Under the pieces are notes generated by a model. That model searched no databases. It saw only the letters and a program-made list of their open reading frames with translations, and was not told where the DNA came from. A DNA stretch of 64,000 nt from Vulcanimicrobiota bacterium (GTDB taxonomy: Bacteria > Vulcanimicrobiota > Vulcanimicrobiia > Vulcanimicrobiales > Vulcanimicrobiaceae). The stretch lies in the NCBI GenBank assembly GCA_963820825.1, contig CAWGBN010000002.1:192001-256000 (forward strand), read 5' to 3'. The number at the start of each line of letters is the position of its first letter. Positions within the stretch are counted from its first letter, which is position 1. This document shows, one piece after another, positions 1 through 12,949 of this stretch. Both the position numbers and the translations under genes were made by a program.

Positions 1-2
1 CG

Positions 3-2180
3 CGAGTTCGAGCGGCGGCGTTCCCGCGTCAGCCGGCCGGGCGGACGCCGCTGGGGAGCCGCGCCGACGTCGCCCGAGCGACCGTCGCCGACATCGCGCG
101 CTACTACCGCGAGTGGTACGCGCCGAACAACGCGACGCTGGTCGTCTCCGGCGCCGTCGACCACGCGGCGGTCTTCGCCAAGGCGGCGCGCTACTTCGCA
201 TCGGAGCCGGCCAAGAGACTCCCGCCGAAGGAGAGTTCGAATCCGGTTCCCGCGCCCGGTGCAACCGTCGAAGCGGAGTTTCCCTTTCCGTTCGAGATCC
301 TCGATCTGGCCTATTCGGTTCCCGGCGACACGCAGCACGGCGAAGCGGCGATCAGCACGCTGGCGACGCTCTTGGAGAACCAGCGCTCGCCGTTCTACAA
401 GGCGTTGGTCGAGAGCAATATCGCGCTGGCGATCGAAGCGAATGCCGATACGCAGCTCAAAGGCGGCCTGCTCAACGTCTTCATCGTCCTCAATCCCGGA
501 CGAAGCAGCCGCGAGGCCCAATCGGTCTTTCAGGCGACGCTCGACTCGGCGCTGAGCAGCGGTCTCGATCCCGATCTCGTTCTCGCTGCAAAACGATTGA
601 CGATGGCCGAGCGAATGTACTCGGCCGACTCGATCGACGGCATCGGTGACCTCGCCGGCTATACCTACGGCATCGTCAACGAGCGTATCGCCGACGAGGA
701 CTCGCGGCTCGCAGCGCTGACCGGTGAAGATCTGCTCGCCGCCGCGCGAACCTATTTGAGCCGGCCAACGGTCGTGGGACATCTGACGCCTAACGAACGC
801 CCGCCGCACGGGAACTCGCAGAAGAGCAGCGCCGAGGCAACCGACGACTTCTCCAAACGCATACCGCACGGCCCGATCGTCGAGCCGGCGTGGATCGCCA
901 AAGCGATCCGCACGCCGACGAGCGAGCGCAGCGCGCTTGCGCCGGTCGAGTTCACGCTCTCCAACGGTTCGCGCGTCATCGTGCAGACCAAGACCGACCG
1001 TCCAACCTTCGTGCTGCAGGGACAGATCGCGTCGTCGCCCGCCTTCGAGCCCCCCGGCAAAGAGGGCATCGCGCGTTTGGCCGGCGGCGTCGCCGACTAC
1101 GGCAGCGCGAGCTATCCGTTCGAGCAACGGCGCAAAGCGACCGACGAGATGGGCGCCTTCGTCAATACCGGGTCGAACTTTTCGGCAACCGGCATGAGCG
1201 CCGATTTCGAACGCATCGTGGCGATTCTCGCCGACGGCGAACAGCATCCAACCTTCGCCGATCCGTGGTTCGGAGTCGAGCGTTCGCAGCTCGCCAACAG
1301 CCTGCAATCGGAGTCGAATATCTCCGGCGTCATGATCAATCGGGCGTACTACCGGCTCTTGCTCGCCGGCGACGATCCGACGCTGCGCCAGGCAACCTCG
1401 CAGAGCATCGGCGATATTTCCCAAGCCGACTTGCTCGCGTATACCCAACGCTACTGGCGCCCCGATCTCACGACGATCGCGGTCGCCGGAAATCTCTCAC
1501 CGCAGCGCGTGCGCAGTGCACTCGAGTCTGCCTTCGGTTCGTGGCAAGTGAGCGGCGCGAAGCCCGATCCGCATCTGATGCCGATGCCGCCCGCAGCCAG
1601 CGGTCACGATTACATCGGCACGACCGCCAATCAAGTCTACATTCGACTCGGTCAGCCCGCGCTCTCGCGCTCGAATCCCGATTACAATACCTTCTTGCTG
1701 CTCAACCAAATCTTGGGCGGCAGCGGCGACTTCGAATCGCGCCTCTGGCAGGAGCTTCGGCAGAAGCGGGGACTCGTCTATAGTGTGAGCAGCACGCTCG
1801 ACTCCGACAACGACCGCGGCGATTTTCGCATCGAGTTGAACGCCTCGCCGGAACGCGTCGTCGAAGCCGTCGAGTTCGTTCGCCAGGAACTCCAACGGCT
1901 CCAGGACGCGCCGGTTTCGCAGACCGAGCTCGACGAAGCGAAGGTGCGCCTGGTCAGCAACGCGCTGCTCGACGAAGCCTCTTCCTCCGGACAGGCAAAG
2001 CAGCTCATGGACATCGCGTCGAACGCTCTTCCGCTCAACTATTATGCCACGATGAACGAACGCTTCGCACGGATTACCCCGGCCGACGTCCAGCGCGTCG
2101 CGCGTGAGTATCTGCACCCCAGCCGCCTGGTGGAAGTCTACGCCGGCCCATCGGGCCCGTGGTCGCAGCACGCGATATGA
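3..2180 (+). CDS. M16 family (pitrilysin/insulinase-like) zinc peptidase, 5'-truncated by window edge
   Basis: Frame is open from base 3 and encodes YYREWYAPNNATLVVSG, YWRPDLTTIAVAGNL and SRLWQELRQKRGLVYSV, typical M16 motifs. Confidence 0.9.
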   Translation, partial: RVRAAAFPRQPAGRTPLGSRADVARATVADIARYYREWYAPNNATLVVSGAVDHAAVFAKAARYFASEPAKRLPPKESSNPVPAPGATVEAEFPFPFEILDLAYSVPGDTQHGEAAISTLATLLENQRSPFYKALVESNIALAIEANADTQLKGGLLNVFIVLNPGRSSREAQSVFQATLDSALSSGLDPDLVLAAKRLTMAERMYSADSIDGIGDLAGYTYGIVNERIADEDSRLAALTGEDLLAAARTYLSRPTVVGHLTPNERPPHGNSQKSSAEATDDFSKRIPHGPIVEPAWIAKAIRTPTSERSALAPVEFTLSNGSRVIVQTKTDRPTFVLQGQIASSPAFEPPGKEGIARLAGGVADYGSASYPFEQRRKATDEMGAFVNTGSNFSATGMSADFERIVAILADGEQHPTFADPWFGVERSQLANSLQSESNISGVMINRAYYRLLLAGDDPTLRQATSQSIGDISQADLLAYTQRYWRPDLTTIAVAGNLSPQRVRSALESAFGSWQVSGAKPDPHLMPMPPAASGHDYIGTTANQVYIRLGQPALSRSNPDYNTFLLLNQILGGSGDFESRLWQELRQKRGLVYSVSSTLDSDNDRGDFRIELNASPERVVEAVEFVRQELQRLQDAPVSQTELDEAKVRLVSNALLDEASSSGQAKQLMDIASNALPLNYYATMNERFARITPADVQRVAREYLHPSRLVEVYAGPSGPWSQHAI

Positions 2181-3538
2181 TCGAGACGATCGATCCGACG
2201 ACGGGGCGCATTCTCGAGCGCTTTCCCCTCATGGACGCCGCGCAGATCGCGGCAAAACTCGACGCGGCAGTAGCGGCGCAGACCCACTGGGCTCAGACGT
2301 CGTTCGCCGATCGAGCCGCGGTGCTGCGCGCAATTGCTGTGAAAATACGCGACCAACGCGAGTCGCTCGCGGCGACGGCGGTGCGCGAGATGGGCAAGCC
2401 GATCGTGCAGGCTCGCGCGGAGATCGAGAAGTGCGCCTGGGCACTCGAATACTTTGCGGAAAACGGCGAAGCGATGCTCGCCGCGCAAGCCGCGCCAAGC
2501 TCGGCGGCGCGCAGCTACGTCGCGTTCCGTCCGCTCGGCGTGCTGCTCGCGATCATGCCGTGGAACTTTCCCTATTGGCAAGTGATCCGCGCGGCCGCGC
2601 CGGCGCTGATGGCCGGCAATACCATGGTGCTCAAGCATGCCGCGAACACGACCCGCTGCGCGCTCGAGCTGGAACGAATCGTCAGCGAAGCGGGCGGGCC
2701 GGCCGGGCTCTTCGGTGCACTGATCGCGCGCGGCGACGGCATCGACTCGGTCGTCGGTGATCCGCGGATCGCCGCGGTGACGCTCACCGGCAGCGAGCGG
2801 GCCGGGGCCTCGGTCGCACGCGCGGCCGGCGAGAGCCTCAAGAAGTGCGTGCTCGAACTCGGCGGATCGGATCCGTTCGTCGTTTTTGCCGATGCGGATC
2901 TCGAGTCGGCGGCGAAGACGGCGGTCACCGCGCGATTTCAGAATAACGGCGAGAGCTGCATCGCCGCGAAGCGCTTCATCGTTGAGGAGCCGGTTTACGA
3001 CGAGTTCGCGAGCCGCTTCGCCGAGTTCGCCGCGGCGCAGATCATCGGCAATCCGATGGAGGAACGCGTACAGATCGGTCCCTGCGCGCGCGAAGACCTT
3101 CGGGCAAGCGTCCACACGCAGGTCTCGCGGAGCCTCGAGCGCGGGGCGGGTCTCGCGCTCGGCGGCAAACCGATTGAGGGCGCGGGCTACTTCTACGAAC
3201 CCACGATCGTCACTGAAGTCGTTCCCGGCATGGCGATGTTCGACGAGGAAGTCTTCGGACCGGCCGCCGCGGTCGTGCGGGCGACGGATCGCGAGCATGC
3301 GATCGCGCTGGCAAATGCGTCGTCGTTCGGCTTGGGCTCGAGCATTTGGACGAGCGATGTGAACGCTGCCGAGACGTTTGCCGGGCGAATCGAAGCCGGT
3401 GCCGTCTTTATCAACGGCATGGTCGCGAGCGACCCGCGCTTACCGTTCGGCGGCGTCAAGAAGAGCGGCTACGGACGCGAGCTCTCCGCCTTCGGAATCC
3501 ACGAGTTCGTCAACATCCAAACCGTCTGGATCGGCTGA
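2177..3538 (+). CDS. NAD(P)-dependent succinate-semialdehyde dehydrogenase family aldehyde dehydrogenase
   Basis: IMPWNFP, TGSERAG, LELGGSDP, catalytic NNGESCIAAKR, EEVFGP and PFGGVKKSGYGRE motifs; ATGA overlap with upstream stop. Confidence 0.9.
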   Translation: MIETIDPTTGRILERFPLMDAAQIAAKLDAAVAAQTHWAQTSFADRAAVLRAIAVKIRDQRESLAATAVREMGKPIVQARAEIEKCAWALEYFAENGEAMLAAQAAPSSAARSYVAFRPLGVLLAIMPWNFPYWQVIRAAAPALMAGNTMVLKHAANTTRCALELERIVSEAGGPAGLFGALIARGDGIDSVVGDPRIAAVTLTGSERAGASVARAAGESLKKCVLELGGSDPFVVFADADLESAAKTAVTARFQNNGESCIAAKRFIVEEPVYDEFASRFAEFAAAQIIGNPMEERVQIGPCAREDLRASVHTQVSRSLERGAGLALGGKPIEGAGYFYEPTIVTEVVPGMAMFDEEVFGPAAAVVRATDREHAIALANASSFGLGSSIWTSDVNAAETFAGRIEAGAVFINGMVASDPRLPFGGVKKSGYGRELSAFGIHEFVNIQTVWIG

Positions 3539-3583
3539 CTCGCGACCGACCCTCAATTCGCGGCGCGCCTCGCTCAGGATGAC
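3537..3583 (-). repeat. Short palindromic REP-like element (GTCATCCTGAGC family), copy 1
   Basis: Minus strand reads gtcatcctgagcgaggcgcgccgcgaattgagggtcggtcgcgagtc; related copies at 28935, 30785 and 45399. Confidence 0.6.
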
Positions 3584-4716
3584 GCAACGCTAAGTGAGGC
3601 GGCGTATTCGGCGATGCGGGATAAGCCCAGCGCGACGTGGTTGGGCGCCGAGACCCAGCTCAGCCGCAGCCAACCCTCCATCGAGGGACCGAAGGCAACG
3701 CCCGGAACGGCTACGACGTCGTATCGCTCGATGAGATCGTGCGACGCCTGCAGCGAGCTCGTTCCCTCCGGCAGGCGCATGCAGAGATAGAACGTTCCTT
3801 CCGGTGCGATGAATCGCAGACCGCTCGGCCGTAACAACCCGAGCAGCTCGTCGCGCCGTTCGCGATACCAAGCGGCGTGCTCGCGCAGCGCGCCCGGCGT
3901 CTCGAAAACGTGCAGCGCGACGCGCTGGGCGAAGGTGTCGGCACACGACGCGATCCAGGCGTGCACTTTGATCGCTTCCTCGACGAAGTCGCGCGGCCCC
4001 AGCAGCCAGCCTAAACGCAGACCGGTCAGCGCGTTGCTCTTGCTCAGCGAGTTCGTCACGATCGTGCGGGGATAGAGCCGCGCGAGTTCGGCGAAATCCT
4101 CGACGTAGACCTGTTCGCGATAGATCTCGTCGTGAATCAACCAGATCGGCTCGCCGGAGCGCTGCTCGAGCGCACGCACCAAACGCTCGGCCTCGCGTTG
4201 AGAGAGAATCCGCGCGGTCGGATTAGACGGCGAGCAGAGCACGATGGCGCGAGTCCGTTCGCCGATCGCGGCGACGATCGCATCGGCGTCGAAGGCAAAA
4301 TCCGCGGCCTTGCGCATGACGACGCTCCTGGCGGCGATTCCCTCGAGGGCGGCCATCTTCTGATACGACGGAAAGCAGGGCTCGACGATCAGCAGTTCGT
4401 CGCGCGCGGGATCGAGGAGCGTCTTGAGGGCCACGTACATGGCCTCTTGCGAGCCGACCGTCACGCAGACGTTTTCGCCGCGATTCATCTCGGGATAGTC
4501 GTAGTGCCGTGCGATCGCGTGGCGAAGGGCGGGGTCGCCGGCATTCGGCGTGTATTTTATGCCCCGCTCGGCGACGTACCGCATCGCGTCTTCGAAATGC
4601 GCCGGATTGGGAAGCAGCGACGGCTCGCCCAAGCCGAGGTCGATCGAGGTGGGCTTCTTCTTGCCGGCGACCTCGCGGATCAACGAGGGCGAGATATCTC
4701 GTATGCGCGGATTCAT
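3574..4716 (-). CDS. PLP-dependent aminotransferase class I/II (possibly DapC-like given dapD coupling)
   Basis: LGLGEP, CSPSNPT, HDEIY and NSLSKSNALTGLRLGW (PLP lysine); start overlaps dapD stop. Confidence 0.9.
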   Translation of the reverse strand: MNPRIRDISPSLIREVAGKKKPTSIDLGLGEPSLLPNPAHFEDAMRYVAERGIKYTPNAGDPALRHAIARHYDYPEMNRGENVCVTVGSQEAMYVALKTLLDPARDELLIVEPCFPSYQKMAALEGIAARSVVMRKAADFAFDADAIVAAIGERTRAIVLCSPSNPTARILSQREAERLVRALEQRSGEPIWLIHDEIYREQVYVEDFAELARLYPRTIVTNSLSKSNALTGLRLGWLLGPRDFVEEAIKVHAWIASCADTFAQRVALHVFETPGALREHAAWYRERRDELLGLLRPSGLRFIAPEGTFYLCMRLPEGTSSLQASHDLIERYDVVAVPGVAFGPSMEGWLRLSWVSAPNHVALGLSRIAEYAASLSVASS

Positions 4717-5495
4717 ATGGCGAGGTCGTGCTCGCGCAGCACCTCGTTGAGCGAGGTCTTCAGATCGGTCGACTCGCTGCGCGTGCCGACGATCAGCGCG
4801 CAGGGCGCCCCGAACTCGCCGGCGGGGAAGCGCTTCGGCTGCGTACCCGGAATGACGATCGCGCGCGCGGGAATGCATCCGCGCAGCGTAACCGGCTCGC
4901 TGCCGCGCACGTCGAGGATCGGCGTGCTCGCGGTAACGACGACGCCGGCGCCGAGGACCGCTTCGCGCTCGACGCGCACCCCTTCGACGAGAATGCAGCG
5001 CGAGCCGATGAAGGCTCCCTCTTCGACGATCACCGGGGCGGCTTGCGGTGGTTCGAGCACGCCGCCGATCCCGACGCCGCCGGAGAGATGGACCTGCTTG
5101 CCGATCTGCGCGCACGAGCCGACCGTTGCCCACGTATCGATCATCGTGCCTTCGCCGACGTAGGCGCCGATATTGACGAACGCCGGCATCAAGACGACGC
5201 CGGGCGCAAGAAAGCTTCCGTATCGAGCCGCTCCCGGACGGACGCAGCGGACGCCGACCTTTCGATAGTTGCGTTTGAGCGGAATCCGGCGATGGTAACG
5301 CGCGAAGTAGAGGTGGATCGCTTCCTTGACCCATGCGTTGGTCACCCACTGCTCGCCGCGCGGCTCCGCCGCGCGCACTTCGCCGGTGTCGAGCAACGCG
5401 ATCGCGCGATCGATCGTGCGACCGGCGCGTCCGTGCACGTCGCCTTCGCCCCGCGCCAATGCCTCGATCTTTGCTTGCAGTTCTTCCAACGTCAC
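4713..5495 (-). CDS. dapD: Tetrahydrodipicolinate N-succinyltransferase
   Basis: VNIGAYVGEGTMIDTWATVGSCAQIGKQVHLSGGVGIGGVLEP and C-terminal KTSLNEVLR. Confidence 0.95.
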   Translation of the reverse strand: MTLEELQAKIEALARGEGDVHGRAGRTIDRAIALLDTGEVRAAEPRGEQWVTNAWVKEAIHLYFARYHRRIPLKRNYRKVGVRCVRPGAARYGSFLAPGVVLMPAFVNIGAYVGEGTMIDTWATVGSCAQIGKQVHLSGGVGIGGVLEPPQAAPVIVEEGAFIGSRCILVEGVRVEREAVLGAGVVVTASTPILDVRGSEPVTLRGCIPARAIVIPGTQPKRFPAGEFGAPCALIVGTRSESTDLKTSLNEVLREHDLAI

Positions 5496-5550
5496 ACGCT
5501 GAAGCTACGGCACCAGGTAAGCCTGCCCCCGCGTCGTGAAAGGATATTCC

Positions 5551-7556
5551 GTGCCGAACTCGCCCGCCGACGAGCAACGAATCAATGCGATCCGCTTCTT
5601 AGCGGTCGACGCCGTACAGAAGGCCAACTCCGGGCATCCCGGCATGCCGATGGGCGCGGCGGCAATGGCGTACACGCTATGGACGCGTCATCTGCGCTTC
5701 AATCCGGCGGATCCGCACTGGCTCAATCGCGACCGATTCGTGCTGTCGGCCGGCCACGGCTCGATGCTCCTCTACGGGCTGCTCTATCTGACCGGTTACA
5801 ACGTCACGCTCGACGATCTCAAGAGTTTCCGTCAATTCGGAAGCATTACGCCGGGGCATCCCGAGGTCGAGCGTACGCCGGGCGTCGAGGCGACGACCGG
5901 GCCCGCTCGGCCAAGGGATCGGCAACTCCGTGGGCATGGCGATCGCCGAAGCTCACATGAGTGCAATCTACAATCGCGACGACGCCGCGATCGTCGATCA
6001 CTTTACCTACTGCATCTGCGGCGACGGCGATTTGATGGAGGGCATCAGTCAAGAGGCGCTCTCGCTCGCCGGTCACCTCAAACTCGGCAAACTGGTCGTA
6101 CTCTACGACGACAACCTCGTCTCGCTCGCAGGCCCGACCGACCTCGCCTTCTCCGACGATGCGGTCGCGCGCTTCGACGCCAGCGGCTGGCATACGCAGC
6201 TGATCAACGTAGATCGCGGCAACGACGTCGCGACGATCGACCAGGCGATTGCGGTGGCGAAGAACGTCGTCGACCGACCGTCGTTTATCGCGGTGCGGAC
6301 GCACATCGGTTTCGGATCGCCGCGTCAAGACAGTTACCTCGCGCACGGCGAGCCGCTCGGACCCGACAACGTCAAGAAATCCAAAGAGGAACTCGACTGG
6401 CCGCTCGAGCCGGATTTCTACGTGCCCGACGACGTGCTCGCATTCTACCGCGAGCTCGGCAAGAAGGGCGCGGATCTCGAGGCGCAGTGGAGCGCGACGC
6501 TCGATGCGTGGAAACGAGCAAACCCGGAACTCGGCGCGCAGCTCGAGCGAACGTTGCGCGGCGAGTTGCCGGCGAGTCTGCCGTGGCCGGCATTCACCAC
6601 CGAGAACGGGAACGTCGCGACGCGCGATGCCGGCGGAACCGTCATGAACGCGATCGCCCTCTCGCTTCCCGAGCTCGTCGGCGGATCGGCCGATCTCGAC
6701 CCATCGACGAAAACCTACCTCAAGAACTGCGGCGACTTCCAACCGAACGATTACGCCGGACGCAACATCCATTACGGCGTCCGCGAGCATGCAATGGCGG
6801 CCTGCACGAACGGGATCGCGCTTCACGGCGGGCTGCTTCCATTCTGCGCGACCTTCTTCAACTTTGTCGACTATCTCAAGCCGGCGCTGCGCCTGGGCTG
6901 TCTGAGCGGCGTTCACTCGATCTACGTCTTCACCCACGATTCGGTCTTTCTCGGTGAAGACGGTCCGACGCATCAGCCGATCGAGCAGCTGGCGACGCTG
7001 CGCGCGACGCCGAACTGCTACGTCATCCGGCCGGCCGATTCGCTCGAGACGCTCGAGGCCTGGAAGCTTGCGGTCGCCGCCAAGAACGCGCCCTACGTTC
7101 TCGTCCTCACGCGGCAGAAGGTGCCGTTCCTCGGCGCGCGCGACGCGGCAGTCGGCAAAGGGGCCTACGTGCTCGCCGACGCGCAAGGCGGCAGCCCGGA
7201 GCTCATCCTGATCGCCACAGGCTCCGAAGTCGCACTTGCGGTCGATGCAAAGAAGATTCTCGACGCGCAAGGGCCTGCGCACGCGGGTCGTGTCGATGCC
7301 CTGCTGGGAGCTTTTCGACGCGCAACCGCAGGCGTATCGCGACGACGTCCTTCCCCCGGGAGTCGCCGCGCGCATGTCGATCGAAGCGGGCGCGACGCTG
7401 GGGTGGTCTAAGTACGTCGGCGACGCCGGATTCGCTTTCGGTATCGACAAGTTCGGGACGTCGGCTCCGTTAGCGGCCGTGGCCAAGGCATACGGCTTCA
7501 CCCCGGAAAACGTTGCCGACGTAGCCCTCCGGAATTTCCAACTCGCCGCCCGTTAG
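5551..7556 (+). CDS. tkt: Transketolase (frameshifts near 5905 and 7270, probably sequencing errors)
   Basis: [52 protein letters not shown] and [11 protein letters not shown], spread over three frames. Confidence 0.93.
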
Positions 7557-7566
7557 GAGACGATAG

Positions 7567-10407
7567 ATGAAGAATCCCGTGGAGCAGCTGCTCGACGCCG
7601 GGCAGAGCGTCTGGCTCGACAACGTTCGCCGCAGCATGTTCGCCTCGGGCGAGCTCGCGCGCTTGATCGAAACCGGTTTGCGCGGGATGACGAGCAATCC
7701 GACGATCTTCGAGAAGGCGATCGGCGCGGGCAGCGATTACGACGAACAGCTCTCGAGGCTCGTCGGCACCGAGAAGAATGCCGACGCGCTCTTCTGGGAT
7801 CTCGCGATCCAGGACATCCAAAGCGCCTGCGACGCCTTTGCCGCGCTCTACGCTTCGTCGGGCGGCAACGACGGTTTCGTCAGCCTCGAGGTCTCGCCGC
7901 TCCTGGCTAACGACACCGCGGGCACGATCGCCATGGTCGAAGAGCTCTGGAAGCGCGTCGATCGCCCCAACGTCATGATCAAGATTCCCGGCACCAAAGA
8001 GGGCTTGCCCGCGATCGAAGAATCGATCTACCACGGCTACAATATCAACGTGACGCTGATCTTCTCGACGGAGATGTACGAGAAGGCCGCACTCGCCTAC
8101 GTCAAGGGACTGAGCCGGCGCGCCGCCGAGGGCAAGCCGATCGATCGAATTCGTTCGGTGAATTCGGTCTTCGTCAGCCGCATCGATACCGCGATCGACA
8201 AGCTGCTTCAAGACCGGATCAACAAAGGCGAAAAACTCGAGCATCTGCTCGGCAAGGCGGGAATCGCCGGCCTCAAGCTCACCTATGAAAAGTTCAAAGA
8301 GATCTTCGGCGGTGACGAGTTCGCCCCGCTCAAGGCGAAAGGCGGAGCCGTGCAGCGACCCCTCTGGGCCTCGACCTCGACGAAGAATCCACACTATCCC
8401 GACCTAATGTACGTCGAGAGCGTCGTCGGCCGCGATACGGTCAATACGATGCCGCCGGTGACGCTCGATGCGCTGCTCGACCACGGTAAGATCGAAGCCG
8501 ATACCGTAGAGCAAGACCTGCGCGGCGCGGCCGACGTGATGCGCGCGCTGCAGGAGGCAAAGATCTCCTACTTCGACGTGACGCACGATCTGCAAAGAGA
8601 GGGCGTCCAGCTCTTCTCCGATTCTTTTGCGGCGCTGCTCGGCGCGATCGTCTACAAGCAGAAGCTGCTCGCGTCGGGAGGCGCGCAGCGCGTCAACCTC
8701 GCGCTCGGCGCTGCCAACGCTCACTACGAAGCGGCACTCGACAAGCTGGCCTCGGCCGATTTCCTCAAGCGTCTCTGGGCACACGACGCAACGCTTTGGT
8801 CGAGCGATTCCGATGCCGTCGCAATCATCAAGAAGGCTCTCGGGTGGCTCGACATTCAGCAGCACATGCTCGAAGAGGTCGCCGGCCTCAAAGCCTTCGC
8901 CGGCGAGGTGAAGGAGACGTTCGACTCGGCCGTCGTCTGCGGGATGGGCGGAAGCTCGCTCGCGCCCGACATTCTCGCCGACACCTTCGGTCCGATCTCG
9001 GGTTACCCGCGTCTCTTCGTCCTCGACTCCACCTCGCCGCAGCAGATCAAGGAGCTGGAGAGCAAGATCGAGATTCCCACCTCGCTCTTCATCATCTCGA
9101 GCAAGAGCGGAACGACGACCGAACCAAACGCCTTCTACGCCTACTTCTACGAGAAGGTTTCGAAGCAGGTCGGTGCTGCGGCCGCGGCCCGAAACTTCGT
9201 TGCGATCACCGATCCGGGAACCAAGCTCGACAAAGAGGCGAAGGAAGAATCGTTCCGCGCCGACTTCGAGAACGACCCGAACATCGGCGGCCGCTACTCC
9301 GCGCTCTCGTTCGTCGGCGTCGCACCCTCCGCGATCGCGGGATACGACATCAACCTGCTCCTCGACCGCGCGCTCGGCTCGATGCACGCCAACGATCGAA
9401 CCGTCGATCCGCGAAACGCTCCCGGCGTGCGCTTCGGTGCGGCGATCGGCGGCCTCGCGGTGAACGGCCGCGATAAGCTCACCATCGTCACGCATCCCGC
9501 CGTCAAGGCCTTCGGCGCCTGGGCCGAACAGCTCATCGCCGAATCGACCGGAAAACTCGGCAAAGGCATCGTGCCGATCGAAGGCGAGCCCCTCGGCACG
9601 CCCGGCGACTACTCCGACGACCGCACCTTCGTCTACGTCGGCGCAAACCTGCCGAATCCCGAGGCCGGCGTTGACGAGAAGCTGCGCGCGCTCGAGAGTG
9701 CCGGACATCCGGTTATTCGTCTCGACATGAACGACGCGTACGACGTCGGCGAGCAGTTCTACCTTTGGGAGATCGCCGTCGCGGCGGCCGGCGTCGTCCT
9801 CGGCATCAACGCCTTCGACCAGCCCAACGTTCAGGAGTCGAAGGATAATACCGTCGCGCTGCTCGCACAGTACGCACGCAACGGGAGCTTCGACGAACCG
9901 AAGACCGACGTCGAAGGGAGCGACTTCGACGTCACCTATCTCTCGGGCAGCCGCACGATCGCGGCCCAGAACCCCGTACAAGCACTCGCCGGGCTCTTCG
10001 CGCAGCTCGAGCCGCACGATTACAACGCGATCACCGCCTACATCGCGCGCAACGAAACGCACGCAAAGCTCCTGCAAGAGCTTCGTCTAAAGGTGCGCAA
10101 CGCGCACCGCGTCGCGACGACGGTTGGCTTCGGACCGCGCTTCTTGCACTCCACGGGGCAGCTCCATAAAGGCGGCCCCGGGACGTGCGTCGTTCTGCAA
10201 ATCACCGCCGACGATCCCGACGACCCGATGATCCCGGGAATGAACGTCGGCTTCCGCACGCTGCTCGCGGCGCAGGCGCTCGGCGATTGGATGTCGCTGG
10301 ACAAACGTAATCGGCGCGGCGTGCGCGTGCACCTCAGGGGTGGAGTCGAGCCGGCGCTGCGCGCGCTCGTCGCCGCCGTCGACGAGGCGTTATCGGTACG
10401 AACGTGA
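7567..10407 (+). CDS. Bifunctional transaldolase / glucose-6-phosphate isomerase
   Basis: N-terminal GMTSNPTIF, KIPGT and RPLWASTSTKNP; C-terminal GMGGSSL, SKSGTT, GGRYSALS, AESTGK and FDQPNVQESK. Confidence 0.95.
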   Translation: MKNPVEQLLDAGQSVWLDNVRRSMFASGELARLIETGLRGMTSNPTIFEKAIGAGSDYDEQLSRLVGTEKNADALFWDLAIQDIQSACDAFAALYASSGGNDGFVSLEVSPLLANDTAGTIAMVEELWKRVDRPNVMIKIPGTKEGLPAIEESIYHGYNINVTLIFSTEMYEKAALAYVKGLSRRAAEGKPIDRIRSVNSVFVSRIDTAIDKLLQDRINKGEKLEHLLGKAGIAGLKLTYEKFKEIFGGDEFAPLKAKGGAVQRPLWASTSTKNPHYPDLMYVESVVGRDTVNTMPPVTLDALLDHGKIEADTVEQDLRGAADVMRALQEAKISYFDVTHDLQREGVQLFSDSFAALLGAIVYKQKLLASGGAQRVNLALGAANAHYEAALDKLASADFLKRLWAHDATLWSSDSDAVAIIKKALGWLDIQQHMLEEVAGLKAFAGEVKETFDSAVVCGMGGSSLAPDILADTFGPISGYPRLFVLDSTSPQQIKELESKIEIPTSLFIISSKSGTTTEPNAFYAYFYEKVSKQVGAAAAARNFVAITDPGTKLDKEAKEESFRADFENDPNIGGRYSALSFVGVAPSAIAGYDINLLLDRALGSMHANDRTVDPRNAPGVRFGAAIGGLAVNGRDKLTIVTHPAVKAFGAWAEQLIAESTGKLGKGIVPIEGEPLGTPGDYSDDRTFVYVGANLPNPEAGVDEKLRALESAGHPVIRLDMNDAYDVGEQFYLWEIAVAAAGVVLGINAFDQPNVQESKDNTVALLAQYARNGSFDEPKTDVEGSDFDVTYLSGSRTIAAQNPVQALAGLFAQLEPHDYNAITAYIARNETHAKLLQELRLKVRNAHRVATTVGFGPRFLHSTGQLHKGGPGTCVVLQITADDPDDPMIPGMNVGFRTLLAAQALGDWMSLDKRNRRGVRVHLRGGVEPALRALVAAVDEALSVRT

Positions 10408-10425
10408 ACCGGCTCCGGCGGGCGC

Positions 10426-11981
<1,556 letters not shown>

Positions 11982-11985
<4 letters not shown>

Positions 11986-12947
11986 GCCTCGACATCGCAT
12001 CGGTACAGGATCAGCTCGCCGAATCGTACCGCGATCGCGGCTGCGACGCGAACGTGGCGACGATGACGATCGTCGTCTTCTTCGAGAATCCGGCGATCGG
12101 CGAACTCGCCCGCGAGCGCATTCACCGGCTCGCCGCGAAGCATCCCTCGCGCGTGATGGTTCTCGACGCGACCGCACCGAACAGCGTGCACCGCGTCGAC
12201 GGCTGCGACTGGATCGAGCTCGGCGCACGCGAGAGCGGGCCGGAGATGCTGCGCGCGGCGGTGGGCGCGCTGCGCGTTCCGGAGGCGCCGGTCGTCCTCT
12301 TATGGATCGCTCCCGGCATGGAGAGCGACCCGCGTTTCGAGAGTCTATGTGACGACGCGCAGACGATCGTCTACAACACCTCGCTGCTCGATACCGGACG
12401 CGGCGCGCTGAGCGAGTTGGTTCGCTACGTCGAGGATCATCCGCAACTCCCCATCGCCGACCTCGCCTATCTGCGGCTCGCGCCGTGGCAAGAGTCCGTC
12501 GCCATCTTCTTCGACGGCGCGGCAGCCGGCGATCTGCGCGATCTGCGGCGCGTCGAGATCGCGTGCGGCTCGGAGCCGGAGGCGCTCTATCTGCTCGGGT
12601 GGCTTGCAAGCCGCCTCGAATGGAGACCGAGCGCACCCGATGCGCTGGTCGACTCGCGCGGTAATCGCATCGACTTTTCAATCGCGCGCCAGGGCGAACC
12701 GCGGCGCATCGCGCGGATTGCGTTGAGTTCGTCGCATTCGACCTTCGTCGCCGAGGTCGACCGGAATCAAGAGACGATTCTACTGAGCGTGAGCGGTTCG
12801 CGCGAGCACGGTCCACGCTATCGAGCGATCGAGAACCCGGGAGTCGCCGCGCTGGTAGAACGCGCGATTCTCTGGGGTGGGAACGATCGGCTCTTTGAGG
12901 CGGCGCTCGCGGCCGCCGGGAAGATTATCGCGCAGGGAGAGGGATAA
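11982..12947 (+). CDS. opcA: G6PDH assembly/activator protein OpcA
   Basis: Overlaps zwf stop; HPSRV, PVVLLW, ADLAYLRLAPWQE and LLGWLASRLEW motifs. Confidence 0.85.
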
Positions 12948-12949
12948 TC

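Noticed and set aside
5890..7290. Programmed frameshifting or pseudogene status of tkt
   Set aside because: No slippery heptamer seen at the shifts and motifs are intact on both sides; similar indels are common in this window, so sequencing error is more likely.
7567..10407. Tal-Pgi fusion as a novelty
   Set aside because: A known bifunctional architecture in several bacterial groups.
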